Below, piece after piece: positions 17,426 to 29,290 of a stretch of 32,000 bases of DNA. Each line of letters opens with the position of its first letter. Within the stretch, counting starts at the first letter, position 1. The DNA is from Sinorhizobium meliloti (GTDB lineage: Bacteria > Pseudomonadota > Alphaproteobacteria > Rhizobiales > Rhizobiaceae). The DNA lies in the NCBI RefSeq assembly GCF_017876815.1, contig NZ_JAGIOS010000001.1:1380001-1412000 (forward strand). The letters are read 5' to 3'. The translations under genes and the position numbers were made by a program. The notes beneath the pieces are model-generated. The model was not told the origin of the DNA. It worked only from the letters and a program-made list of their open reading frames with translations, and made no database searches.

Positions 17426-18538
17426 TCAGGCCGAGAGGCTCTTGAACTCGGCGAGGATCGCGTCGCCCATCTCGGCGGTACCGACCTTCCGGCAGCCCTC
17501 CGCCATGATGTCGCCGGTGCGGATGCCCTGATCGAGCACGTTGGCGATCGCCTTCTCCAGGTCGTCGGCTTCCTTCACGAGGTTGAAGGAGTAGCGCAGG
17601 CACATGGCGAAGGAAGCGATCATGGCGATCGGGTTGGCGACGCCCGTGCCGGCGATGTCGGGTGCCGAGCCGTGCACCGGCTCGTAGAGCGCCTTGCGCT
17701 TGCCGGTCTTGGCATCCGGTGCGCCGAGCGAGGCGGAGGGCAGCATGCCGAGCGAGCCGGTCAGCATGGCGGCGACGTCCGACAGCATGTCGCCGAAAAG
17801 GTTGTCGGTGACGATCACGTCGAACTGTTTCGGCTGCCGCACGAGCTGCATGCCGCCGGCATCCGCCAGCATGTGCTCGAGCTGGACATCGGAATATTTC
17901 GCCTTGTGCGTCTCGGTCACGACCTGGTTCCAGAGCACGCCCGACTTCATCACGTTGCGCTTTTCCATCGAGCAGACGCGATTGTTGCGGGTACGGGCGA
18001 GTTCGAAGGCGACCCCGGCGATGCGCTCGATCTCGTAGGTGTCGTAGACCTGCGTGTCGATACCGCGCTTCTGGCCGTTGCCGAGATCGACGATCTCCTT
18101 GGGCTCGCCGAAATAGACGCCGCCCGTCAGCTCGCGCACGATGAGAATGTCGAGGCCCTCGACCAGCTCGGGCTTCAGCGACGATGCGTTGGCGAGCGCC
18201 GGGTAGCAGATGGCCGGGCGCAGGTTGGCGAATAGCTCGAGGTCCTTGCGCAGGCGCAGGAGCCCGGCTTCCGGCCGCACCTCGTAGGGCACCGCATCCC
18301 ATTTCGGTCCGCCGACGGCGCCGAAGAGCACCGCATCGGCGGCAAGCGCCTTCGCCATATCCCCTTCGGAGATCGCCGCGCCATGGGCGTCATAGGCGGA
18401 CCCACCCACAAGTCCCTCGTCCGTCACGAAGCCGGCGTCACGTTCGGCATTCATGTAAGCGATGATTTTGCGGACTTCCGCCATGGCTTCCGGGCCGATG
18501 CCGTCGCCAGGCAGAAGGAAGAGATTGCGCACAGTCAT
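17426..18538 (-). CDS. leuB: 3-isopropylmalate dehydrogenase
   Basis: 370 aa. N-terminus [10 protein letters not shown] and signature [25 protein letters not shown]. Full-length conserved. Confidence 0.97.
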   Translation of the reverse strand: MTVRNLFLLPGDGIGPEAMAEVRKIIAYMNAERDAGFVTDEGLVGGSAYDAHGAAISEGDMAKALAADAVLFGAVGGPKWDAVPYEVRPEAGLLRLRKDLELFANLRPAICYPALANASSLKPELVEGLDILIVRELTGGVYFGEPKEIVDLGNGQKRGIDTQVYDTYEIERIAGVAFELARTRNNRVCSMEKRNVMKSGVLWNQVVTETHKAKYSDVQLEHMLADAGGMQLVRQPKQFDVIVTDNLFGDMLSDVAAMLTGSLGMLPSASLGAPDAKTGKRKALYEPVHGSAPDIAGTGVANPIAMIASFAMCLRYSFNLVKEADDLEKAIANVLDQGIRTGDIMAEGCRKVGTAEMGDAILAEFKSLSA

Positions 18539-18710
18539 GGAAAGTCCTTCTCGCGTGAAAACTCGGCCGGGTTCTTAGCGCAACTTCGTATCGAGGGAAA
18601 TTGCGTCTGCGAAAGAATTGTGCGTGCTGCTGTGTCACGGCTACCCTGTTTCCGCTTGACGGAACCGCGCGCCGGCGCTCGAATGGCTGCACTCAACCGG
18701 GGATTTCGCC

Positions 18711-19352
18711 ATGTCCGAAACGCTTCTTTTCGGTGCCTTTCTCGCAGCGCTTTCCTACACACTGATCCCCGGCCCCGCCTTCCTGGCGCTTCTGGGCATC
18801 GGAGCAGGCCAGGGCCGAAGGGCCGGCGCGCTCTTCATGGGCGGTCATCTTGCCGGCGACATTCTCTGGTCGACATTGGCGCTCGTCGCCATCGTCGGTG
18901 CCCGATCGATCGGCACGGCGCTCTTCGACGTGCTCGGGCTCCTCTGCGGCGCCTATCTCGCCTGGATCGGCTGGACCGCGCTTACCGCCCGCCCGAGGGG
19001 CGACAGCAAAGGGCTGTTGGTGGTGGAGCGGCCGCTCAGGCGTGGACTTGTCTTCGGGCTCACAAACCCCAAGGGCTATCCGGTCGCGCTCGCGACCTTC
19101 ACGGCGCTTCTTGCAGGCTCCGCCAATGCGCTGGAATTCACGGCGCTGCCGATGCTGCTTGCCGTGTCGCTGATCGGGTTCCTGGTCGCCGACGTCATTC
19201 TCATCGCTATTATCGGCGCATCCGTGGTGCGCCGTTTCTATCGCCGCCACGAGCTGACGATCGTCCGGCTCTCGGGATTGCTCTTCATCGGCTTCGCGGC
19301 GCAGGCGGTCTGGCACGCGGCGCCCGGCCTTTTCGGCCTGCGCAGACCTTGA
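18711..19352 (+). CDS. LysE/RhtB-family amino-acid exporter
   Basis: 213 aa with about 6 hydrophobic segments. The N-terminal FLAALSYTLIPGPAFLALL is typical of the LysE family. Confidence 0.8.
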   Translation: MSETLLFGAFLAALSYTLIPGPAFLALLGIGAGQGRRAGALFMGGHLAGDILWSTLALVAIVGARSIGTALFDVLGLLCGAYLAWIGWTALTARPRGDSKGLLVVERPLRRGLVFGLTNPKGYPVALATFTALLAGSANALEFTALPMLLAVSLIGFLVADVILIAIIGASVVRRFYRRHELTIVRLSGLLFIGFAAQAVWHAAPGLFGLRRP

Positions 19353-19437
19353 CGGTCCGGCGTCGATCGACCACTTCAAGCACCTGCTTCGCGGTTCGCG
19401 CTACGCCCCCGCCCGCTGCATTTCGAAAGGAATCCTG

Positions 19438-21501
19438 ATGACCACCATTGCTTCGCTCAACCCCGCCCTCGTGCACTGGACCGGACATGAGGGCCTGCCG
19501 CGGTTCGAAGCGATCATGGACGAGGATTTCGCGCCCGCCTTCGATGCGGCCTTGGCGAGCCACGAGGCGGAGATCGAGGCCATTGCCGACAATCCGGAGG
19601 ATCCCACCTTCGCCAACACCGTCGTCGCGCTGGAAATCGCCGGCGATGAACTTTCGCGCGTCTCCGCTCTCTTCTGGAGCAAGGCGGGTGCCCATACGAA
19701 CGAGGTGATCCAGGCGCTGGAGCGCGAGATCGCGCCCAAGATGTCGCGCCATTATTCGAAGATCGGCACCAATCCGGCACTCTTCGGCCGCATCGACGCA
19801 TTGTGGGAGAAACGGGAAGAGCTCGGCCTCGATGTCGAGGCCATGCGCGTTCTGGAGCGGCACTGGAAGAGCTTCGTGAAGGCAGGCGCCAAGCTTCACA
19901 AGCCCGAGCAGGAGCGCCTCGCGGCGATCAACGAGAAGCTCGCCGGCCTCGGCGCCCGGTTCGGGCAGAACGTTCTCGCGGACGAGAAGGACTGGGCGCT
20001 GATCCTGTCGGGCGAAGAGGACCTGGCGGGGATTCCGGATTTCCTGAGAGATGCGATGGCGGCGGCCGCGCGCGAGCGCGGCGAGGAAGATAAATATGCG
20101 GTCACGCTGTCGCGCTCGATCATCGAGCCGTTCCTGACCTTCTCCGAAAGACGGGAACTGCGCGAACAGGCTTTCAGGGCCTGGACGGCGCGCGGCGAAA
20201 ATGGCGGTGAGACCGACAATCGCGGCATCATCGCCGAAACGCTCGCTCTGCGGGCGGAGAAGGCGAAACTGCTCGGCTATGAGAATTATGCGGCGCTGAA
20301 GCTCGACAACACCATGGCGAAGACGCCCGAAGCCGTGAACGGCCTGCTGATGCAGGTATGGGAAAAGGCGGTGGCGCGGGCTCGCGAAGAGGAGGCGGAC
20401 CTCGCAACGCTCATTGCCGAAGAAGGCCGCAACCACGAGGTCATGCCTTGGGACTGGCGCCACTATGCGGAAAAATTCAGGGCGCAGAAATTCAGCTTCT
20501 CGGAAAGCGAACTGAAGCCCTATCTGCAGCTGGAGAAGATCATCGACGCCTGCTTCGCCGTTGCCCGGCGCCTCTTCGGCATCACGGCGACCGAGAAGAA
20601 AGGCATTCCCGCCTATCACCCGGACGTCCGCGTCTTCGAGATCCGCGACGCCTCCGGCCGGCTTACGGCCCTTTTCCTCGGCGAATATTTCGCGCGCTCC
20701 TCGAAACGCTCCGGCGCCTGGATGAGCTCCTTTCAATCGCAGCACAGGCTGAAGCTCAAGAATGGCGAGACCGGCGAAATCCCGATCGTGTACAATGTCT
20801 GCAACTTCGCGAAACCCGCCGAGGGCAAGCCGGCGCTTCTGTCGATCGACGACGCCCGCACGCTCTTCCACGAATTCGGCCATGCGCTGCACGGCATGCT
20901 TTCCAATGTCACCTATCCCTCGGTTTCGGGTACCGGTGTCGCGCGCGATTTCGTGGAGCTGCCCTCGCAGCTTTACGAGCATTGGCTGACGGTGCCTGAT
21001 ATTCTGAGGAAATATGCGGTGCACTACAGGACCGGCGAGCCGATGCCGCAGGCGCTGCTCGACAAGGTGCTGGCGGCGCGGACGTTCAATTCCGGCTTCG
21101 CGACGGTCGAGTTTACCGCCTCGGCTCTCGTCGACATGGCCTATCACACGGCGGAAGCGGTCGGCGATCCGATGGCGCTCGAAGCGGCGACGCTCGAGAA
21201 GATCGGCCTGCCGCAGTCGATCGTCATGCGCCACCGCAGCCCGCATTTCCTTCACGTCTTCTCCGGCGACGGCTATTCGGCCGGCTACTACTCCTACATG
21301 TGGTCGGAGGTACTCGACGCCGACGCATTCGCGGCCTTCGAGGAGACCGGCGATCCCTTCGATCCGGCGATGGCGGCCAGACTGAAGGACAATATCTATT
21401 CGGTCGGCGGGTCCCTCGATCCGGAAGATGCCTACAAGGCCTTCCGCGGCAAGCTGCCGAGCCCGGATGCGATGCTGGCGAAGAAGGGGCTGGCGGCCTA
21501 G
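19438..21501 (+). CDS. dcp: M3-family peptidyl-dipeptidase (Dcp-like)
   Basis: 687 aa. Zinc motif HEFGH (LFHEFGHALHGML) with a downstream glutamate (DFVELPSQLYE). Overall M3A architecture. Confidence 0.9.
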   Translation: MTTIASLNPALVHWTGHEGLPRFEAIMDEDFAPAFDAALASHEAEIEAIADNPEDPTFANTVVALEIAGDELSRVSALFWSKAGAHTNEVIQALEREIAPKMSRHYSKIGTNPALFGRIDALWEKREELGLDVEAMRVLERHWKSFVKAGAKLHKPEQERLAAINEKLAGLGARFGQNVLADEKDWALILSGEEDLAGIPDFLRDAMAAAARERGEEDKYAVTLSRSIIEPFLTFSERRELREQAFRAWTARGENGGETDNRGIIAETLALRAEKAKLLGYENYAALKLDNTMAKTPEAVNGLLMQVWEKAVARAREEEADLATLIAEEGRNHEVMPWDWRHYAEKFRAQKFSFSESELKPYLQLEKIIDACFAVARRLFGITATEKKGIPAYHPDVRVFEIRDASGRLTALFLGEYFARSSKRSGAWMSSFQSQHRLKLKNGETGEIPIVYNVCNFAKPAEGKPALLSIDDARTLFHEFGHALHGMLSNVTYPSVSGTGVARDFVELPSQLYEHWLTVPDILRKYAVHYRTGEPMPQALLDKVLAARTFNSGFATVEFTASALVDMAYHTAEAVGDPMALEAATLEKIGLPQSIVMRHRSPHFLHVFSGDGYSAGYYSYMWSEVLDADAFAAFEETGDPFDPAMAARLKDNIYSVGGSLDPEDAYKAFRGKLPSPDAMLAKKGLAA

Positions 21502-21514
21502 GTTTAAGTCGGGA

Positions 21515-21684
21515 AAATTGCCCCTCACCCTAGCCCTCTCCCCGCAAGCGGGGAGAGGGGACGTGCGCCGCATGGGCGATCTCATTGCGGCTACGCCTAT
21601 GGCGTGGAGGGGGACCGGGAGGGTGCGGCGTCGCCCCTTCGCCCCGCTTGCGGGGAGAAGGTCGCGGCAGCGGGATGAGGGGCT
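21515..21684. repeat. Mosaic palindromic intergenic repeat cluster B (REP/RIME-like)
   Basis: Bounded by GCCCCTCA (21520-21527) and TGAGGGGC (21676-21683). Hairpin CCCTCTCCCCGC-AA-GCGGGGAGAGGG at 21534-21559. Hairpin CCTTCGCCCCGC-TT-GCGGGGAGAAGG at 21636-21661, plus the tail. Same family as clusters A and C. Confidence 0.9.
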
Positions 21685-21719
21685 CAATCGGCCCAAATGA
21701 GGACGCGATCAGGCGAGAT

Positions 21720-22889
21720 CTACGCCTGCTCAACGCCCAGCACAGCCAGCAGATTGCGCATGCGTGCCGCCGCGAGTTCCGGCTTGTCGAGCACATTGGC
21801 CTGATCTGCCAGGCGGAAGATGTCGGCATAATGGAGCAATCCGCGGGCCGATTGCAGGCCGGACGGCAGGGTGAAATGCCGTTGGTGGCCGTTCAGCCAG
21901 GCCAGGAAGACGACGCCGGCCTTGTAGTATTGCGTCGGCGCTTCGAAGATCTTGCGCGAGAGAGGCACGGTCGGCTCGATGACGCCGCGAAAGGTCGCAA
22001 GATCACCCTCGGCGAGGGCCGCGAGCGCCTTCGAGGCGGACGGCGCGACGGCGTCGAAGATGCCGAGCAGTGCGTGGCTGTACTTCTTGCCGTCGCCCTC
22101 GATCAGTTCCGCATAGTTGAAGTCGTCGCCGGTGAAGCAGAGCACGCCCTCCGGCAGCCGGCTGCGCAGCGCCAGTTCCTTGGCGTTGTCGAGCAGCGAA
22201 ATCTTGATGCCCTCTATCTTTGCGCTGTTCTCGCCGATGATGGCCAGCACGGTTTCGAGCGCCTGCCCGAAGTTTTCCGAGCCCCAGTAGCCTTTGAGCT
22301 GCGGGTCGAACATGTCGCCCAGCCAGTGGAGTACGACCTTGTCCTTCGTCCGGGACAGGATGCGGCCATAGACGCGGCGGTAGTCGTCGGGGGAGCGCGC
22401 CACGCGGGCGAGCGCCCGGCTCGCCATCATGATCGCCCGGCCGCCCTCGGCCTCGACGAAGCCGACCTGTTCCTCGTAGGCCGCGATGACATCGTCTATC
22501 GAGCGCGCGTCGGCTGGCGAAAGGTGGTCGGTGCCGGCGCCGCAGGCGAGATCGGCGCCCGGAACGCTTCGCGCTTCGGCGAGCGAGCGGCGGATCAGTT
22601 CCTGCGCCGCCGGCCATGGAAGTCCCATGCCGCGTTGCGCGGTATCCATCGCCTCGGCGATCCTGAAGCCGAGGCCCCACAGGTGATGGCGGAAGGCCAT
22701 CGTCGCCTCCCAGTCGATCGCCGGATTGCCCCAAGGGTCGCTATCGCGAAGCGGATCGGAAACGACATGCGCGGCCGCATAGGCGATGCGGTTGAAGGCC
22801 GGGGCCGCGCCGGGCCGGGTGATGGGTTCGCCCCGAAGCCGGTACTCTTCGAGCGAACCGTCCTGGCGCGGCATAAAAACGCTGGTCAT
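21720..22889 (-). CDS. DUF993-like protein (DapA-like TIM-barrel fold, function unknown)
   Basis: 389 aa. The segment FNRIAYAAAHVVSDPL...DPWGNPAIDWEATMAFRHHLWGLGFRIAEAMDTAQRGMGL matches my recollection of the DUF993 family. ATG 22887-22889 is preceded by GGAGGA. Confidence 0.7.
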   Translation of the reverse strand: MTSVFMPRQDGSLEEYRLRGEPITRPGAAPAFNRIAYAAAHVVSDPLRDSDPWGNPAIDWEATMAFRHHLWGLGFRIAEAMDTAQRGMGLPWPAAQELIRRSLAEARSVPGADLACGAGTDHLSPADARSIDDVIAAYEEQVGFVEAEGGRAIMMASRALARVARSPDDYRRVYGRILSRTKDKVVLHWLGDMFDPQLKGYWGSENFGQALETVLAIIGENSAKIEGIKISLLDNAKELALRSRLPEGVLCFTGDDFNYAELIEGDGKKYSHALLGIFDAVAPSASKALAALAEGDLATFRGVIEPTVPLSRKIFEAPTQYYKAGVVFLAWLNGHQRHFTLPSGLQSARGLLHYADIFRLADQANVLDKPELAAARMRNLLAVLGVEQA

Positions 22890-22921
22890 CGGCTTTAAGT
22901 CCTCCTCTAGCTCATCGCATC

Positions 22922-22950
22922 GAATAATTTAGATCGTTCCAAATTTCAAG
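22922..22950 (-). promoter_or_regulatory. Candidate promoter plus LacI-type operator O1 in front of the DUF993 gene
   Basis: The minus strand reads CTTGAA-ATTTGGAACGATCTAAATT-ATTCG. The operator AATTTAGATCGTTCCAAATT (22926-22945, central CG, 7/9 symmetric half-sites) lies between the -35 (CTTGAA) and an ATTATT/TTATTC -10. Confidence 0.5.
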
Positions 22951-23122
22951 GCGAAAATCAAACTCTCTCCTCGCAGCAGGGGGCGCTCACCTTTGGAATC
23001 TCCGTCCTTCCGAAAAGAAGTAATCCCCTCGGAGTAGCTATATCAGCTACTTAAGGGAACGCTGCAGTTCCATGCATTGCCAAGCGCCGGGCTAAATCGG
23101 AGAAGAATGTGAGCAGAAGCCT

Positions 23123-23151
23123 CTTGACGAAATTGGAACGTTCCAATTATT
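23123..23151 (+). promoter_or_regulatory. Candidate promoter plus perfect palindromic LacI-type operator O2 in front of the lacI-afr operon
   Basis: CTTGAC (23123-23128), a 17-nt spacer, then ATTATT (23146-23151). The spacer is filled by the perfect 18-bp palindrome AATTGGAACGTTCCAATT (23131-23148) with the central CG typical of LacI/GalR operators. Confidence 0.6.
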
Positions 23152-23186
23152 AAGAATGCAAGAGATGAATTTTCAGGAGGATGTTC

Positions 23187-25227
<2,041 letters not shown>

Positions 25228-25228
<1 letters not shown>

Positions 25229-26850
25229 TGCGCATGACGGGCAAACATATTTCGCTTGCGGACGCTGCCGGCCTGATTCCGGACGGCGCAGTCGTTTCGG
25301 TCTCCTCCTCCAGCGGGCTTGGCTGCCCGGACCTGATGCTGAAGGCGATCGGCGAGCGCTTCGAGGCGACCGGACACCCGCGCGATCTGACGACGCTGCA
25401 TCCGATAGCCGCCGGCGACATGAGCGGCATCAAGGGCGTGGACTACATCGCCAGGAAGGGTCTCCTGAAAAAGATCATCGGAGGCTCCTATCCTTCCGGT
25501 CCGTCGAGCGCCGAACCGCCGCTGATCTGGCAGATGATCGGCGCGAACGAGGTGGCAGCCTACAATATTCCCTCCGGCATTCTCTTCGACATGCATCGCG
25601 AGGCGGCGGCGAAGCGTCCCGGCGTAATGACCAAAGTCGGGCTCGACACCTTCGTCGACCCGTCGCGCGAAGGCTGCGCCATGAATGCGTCCGCCGCTGC
25701 CGAACCGGTGGTGAAGAAGGTCGCCTTCGAGGGCGAGGACTGGCTTTATTTCAAGGCGATCGCGCCGCAGGTGGCGATCATCCGCGCGACGACCGCCGAC
25801 GAGCGCGGCAATCTCACCTATGAACACGAGGGCGCCTATCTCGGCGGCCTCGACCAGGCGCTTGCGGCCCGCAACAATGGCGGCATCGTCATTGCCCAGG
25901 TGAAGCGGATAGCCAAGGAGGGCTCGCTGAAGCCTCATGATGTGCGTGTTCCGGGCGTCCTGGTCGACTATGTCGTCGTGGATCCCGATCAGAAGCAGAC
26001 GACGCAGACGCTCTATGACCCCGCCATTTCCGGCGAGATTTTCCGTCCGCTCGACAGCTTCCGGCTGCCGGAATTCAATATCCAGAAGGCGATCGCGCGG
26101 CGCGTCGCCCAGGAGCTCGAGGCGGGCAGTGCGGTCAATCTCGGTTTCGGCATTTCCGCCAACGTCCCGCGCATCCTCATCGAAGAGGGTCTGCACGGCG
26201 CAGTCACCTGGGTCATCGAACAGGGCGCCGTCGGCGGTGTGCCGCTCCTCGATTTCGCCTTCGGCTGCGCTTCCAATGCGGACGCCTTCATGCCGTCGCC
26301 GTACCAGTTCACCTATTTCCAGGGCGCAGGCTTCGATGCCTCGCTGCTCTCCTTCCTGGAGATCGACCGCACCGGCTCCGTCAACGTCTCGAAGCTCAGC
26401 TTCCGGCCGCATGTGACGGCGGGGGCAGGCGGCTTCGTGGACATAACCGCGCGGGCGAAGAAGATCGTCTTCTCCGGCATGTTCAATGCGGGCGCGAAGC
26501 TGGCGGTCGCCAATGGCCGGCTCGTGATCGAGAAGGAAGGCAAGCTCAGGAAGCTCGTCAACGCGGTCGAGCACGTCACTTTCTCCGGCCGCCGCGCCGT
26601 CGAGCAGGGGCAGGACATCACCTATGTCACCGAGCGCTGCGTGATGAAACTGACCCCGGAGGGCGTGATGCTCACCGAAATCGCCCCGGGCGTTGATCTC
26701 GAAACGGATATCCTTGGCCAGTCGGAGTTTCCGCTGATCGTCTCCGACGCGCTGAAGCCGATGGATCCGGCGCTGTTCGGCGAGGGGCCGATCGGCCTGA
26801 CGCTGCCCGCCAAGGCGCCGCGCCGGCTCAAGGGAGGCGCCGATGGCTGA
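25228..26850 (+). CDS. Fused class I acyl-CoA:acetate/3-ketoacid CoA-transferase (YdiF-like)
   Basis: About 540 aa single-chain alpha/beta CoA-transferase. Glutamate-containing motif VIEQGAVGGVP in the beta half. The ATG overlaps the afr stop (TGATG). Confidence 0.88.
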
Positions 26851-27622
26851 CGAACGCATCCGCGTCGATTTCGAAGGCCCCATAGCGATCGTGACGGTCG
26901 CACGGCCGGAAAAGCTCAACGCCTTCGACATCGACATGCTGAAAGCGCTCGACTCGGCCTGCGATACGGTCGAGGCAAGGCGCGACTTGCGGGCCGTGAT
27001 CCTTACCGGCGAGGGCAAGGCCTTTTCCGCCGGCGGCGACATCAAGGCCTGGGGCGGAATGGAGCCAGCCGCCTTCGGCCATGACTGGGTGCGTTTCGGC
27101 CACCGCGTTTTCGAGCGGCTCGCGACGCTGCGCATGCCGGTGATCGCGGCCCTCAACGGCCATGCGCTTGGCGGCGGTCTGGAGCTCGCGGCGGCGGCGG
27201 ATATACGTCTGGCCGAAAAACAGGTGAAGATCGGCCTGCCGGAGACGAGCCTCGGCATGGTTCCGGGCTGGTCGGGCACGCAGCGCCTGGTCGCGCGCTT
27301 CGGCGCGCAGATCGTTCGCCGCATGGTGCTCGGCGGCGAGATGTTCTCGGCGGCGGAAGCCAGGGCCGAGGGGCTCATCGACGCAGTGGTCGAGACCGGC
27401 GCGGTCATGCAGGCGGCGCGCGACTACGCCGCGCGGGTCGCCGGCCGCGGGCCGGCGGCGCTCGAAATATCGAAGCTGATGATCGCCTCGGCGAGCGGCG
27501 AAGACAAGGGCGCGGCGGTGGAAGCGTTGGGATCGATCCTCGTCGCCAAGACCGGCGATCTCAAGGAAGGCGTAGCCGCCTTCAGCGAAAAGCGTGAAGC
27601 CCGCTTCAAGGGAGAATGGTGA
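26843..27622 (+). CDS. Enoyl-CoA hydratase/isomerase (crotonase) family protein
   Basis: 259 aa. Oxyanion and catalytic segments FSAGGDI, ALGGGLELAAAAD and GLPETSLG (both glutamates present). GGGAGG at 26832-26837. 8-nt overlap with the CoA-transferase gene. Confidence 0.9.
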   Translation: MADERIRVDFEGPIAIVTVARPEKLNAFDIDMLKALDSACDTVEARRDLRAVILTGEGKAFSAGGDIKAWGGMEPAAFGHDWVRFGHRVFERLATLRMPVIAALNGHALGGGLELAAAADIRLAEKQVKIGLPETSLGMVPGWSGTQRLVARFGAQIVRRMVLGGEMFSAAEARAEGLIDAVVETGAVMQAARDYAARVAGRGPAALEISKLMIASASGEDKGAAVEALGSILVAKTGDLKEGVAAFSEKREARFKGEW

Positions 27623-29130
27623 TGACGGTGGTGGTGAGGCCGAAGGCGCTCGGCGACTACGATACCCGCGAATTCCGGATGCTGATCGACGGTCAGTGGG
27701 TGGATGGCGCCGAGGGCCGCACGATCGAGCGGGTGGCGCCGGGTCACGGCGTCGTCGTCAGCCGCTATCAGGCGGCGGCGAAAGCGGATGCCGAACGGGC
27801 GATCGCCGCCGCACGGCGCGCTTTCGACGAAGGTCCATGGCCGCGCATGACCGCCTCGGAACGGTCGTTGATCCTGCTCAGGGCCGCCGACATGATTGCC
27901 GCGCGAGCGGATGAGCTCGCTTTTCTCGACGCGGTCGAATCCGGCAAGCCGATCAGCCAGGCGAAGGGCGAATTGGCGGGTGCCGCCGACATCTGGCGCT
28001 ATGCGGCAGCACTTGCCCGCGAACTCTCGGGCGAAAGCTACAATACGCTCGGGGAGGGTACGCTCGGCGTCGTGCTGCGCGAGCCGATCGGCGTCGTATC
28101 GATCATCACGCCGTGGAACTTCCCTTTCCTGATCGTCAGCCAGAAGCTTCCCTTCGCCCTTGCCGCCGGCTGCACGACGGTGGTGAAGCCCTCTGAACTC
28201 ACCTCGGCCTCGACGCTGGTTCTCGGCGAAATCCTGGAAGCGGCCGGCGTGCCCCAGGGGGTCGTGAACATCATCGTCGGCACGGGGCCGGAGGCCGGCG
28301 CGCCGCTCACCACGCACCCGCATGTCGACATGGTCTCCTTTACCGGCTCGACCGGAATCGGCCAGCTGACCATGGCGAATGCGGCGCAGACCCTGAAGAA
28401 GGTCTCGCTGGAACTCGGCGGCAAGAACCCGCAGATCGTCTTTCCGGACGCAAACCTGGACGAATTCATCGATGCGGCCGTCTTCGGCGCCTATTTCAAT
28501 GCCGGCGAATGCTGCAATGCCGGCTCGCGGCTGATCCTGCACCGCGATATCGCCGAGGAGGTGACGGCGCGCATCGCCAGCCTCTCGGCCAAGGTCAAGG
28601 TCGGCGATCCGCTCGACCCCGAAACGCAGGTCGGCGCGATCATTACGCCGCAGCATCTGCAAAAGATCGCCGGCTATGTTTCTTCGGCGTCGAACGAAGG
28701 CGCGAGAATAGCCCATGGCGGCACCACGCTCGATCTCGGCATGGGACAGTTCATGGCGCCGACCATCCTGTCGGCCGTTCGGCCCGAAATGGCCGTGGCC
28801 CGGGAGGAAGTCTTCGGGCCGGTTCTCTCCGTTCTGACTTTCGAGAAGACGGAAGAGGCGATCCGCATCGCCAATTCGATCGATTACGGGCTTTCCGCCG
28901 GAGTCTGGAGCCGCGACTTCGATACCTGCCTGACGATCGGGCGGCGCGTACGCGCCGGCACGGTCTGGATGAACACCTTCATGGATGGCGCATCCGAGCT
29001 GCCTTTCGGCGGCTACCGGCAATCCGGGCTCGGCCGCGAGCTCGGTCGCCATGCTGTCGAGGACTATACGGAGACGAAGACGCTCAACATGCATATCGGC
29101 CGGCGCAGCAACTGGTGGATGCCGCGCTGA
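27622..29130 (+). CDS. NAD(P)-dependent aldehyde dehydrogenase
   Basis: About 502 aa. Catalytic Glu in ELGGKNP and catalytic Cys in FNAGECCNAGSR. ATG 27622 overlaps the crotonase stop (TGATG) and lies 7 nt after GGAG. ATG 27616 is an alternative start. Confidence 0.92.
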   Translation: MTVVVRPKALGDYDTREFRMLIDGQWVDGAEGRTIERVAPGHGVVVSRYQAAAKADAERAIAAARRAFDEGPWPRMTASERSLILLRAADMIAARADELAFLDAVESGKPISQAKGELAGAADIWRYAAALARELSGESYNTLGEGTLGVVLREPIGVVSIITPWNFPFLIVSQKLPFALAAGCTTVVKPSELTSASTLVLGEILEAAGVPQGVVNIIVGTGPEAGAPLTTHPHVDMVSFTGSTGIGQLTMANAAQTLKKVSLELGGKNPQIVFPDANLDEFIDAAVFGAYFNAGECCNAGSRLILHRDIAEEVTARIASLSAKVKVGDPLDPETQVGAIITPQHLQKIAGYVSSASNEGARIAHGGTTLDLGMGQFMAPTILSAVRPEMAVAREEVFGPVLSVLTFEKTEEAIRIANSIDYGLSAGVWSRDFDTCLTIGRRVRAGTVWMNTFMDGASELPFGGYRQSGLGRELGRHAVEDYTETKTLNMHIGRRSNWWMPR

Positions 29131-29290
29131 GGAAGGGGAGGGGTGAGGTTTCGTAATCGGCGAAAGGGTGTAACGTCTTGAATTGGCCGGGTGATGTTAG
29201 TCGCAGGCCATGCCGTCCGCGGGAACCGGGCGGTACCAGAAAAGAGCGGAGGAGGTTCCGCTTCGGAAACTTGCAAACGGGAGGATAACG

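Noticed and set aside
17279-18465. Several 90-330-aa ORFs in other frames or on the other strand over leuB
   Set aside because: leuB is full-length and canonical. The alternatives are Arg/Pro/Ala-rich low-complexity translations.
18539-18710. Possible leader, attenuator or riboswitch between leuB and the LysE-family gene
   Set aside because: I found only short, weak inverted repeats. There is no leucine-rich leader peptide and no recognisable riboswitch core.
19285-21696. 803-aa minus-strand ORF
   Set aside because: It is antisense to the Dcp peptidase gene (HEFGH present on the plus strand). Its N-terminus is a translation of repeat cluster B.
29131-29290. A third LacI operator or a promoter in front of the sugar-binding protein gene
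   Set aside because: Only an isolated AATTGG half-site next to a CTTGAA (29176-29187) is present. There is no dyad partner and no -10. The small hairpin GTTCCG-CTT-CGGAAC (29255-29269) is not enough to call a regulatory site.
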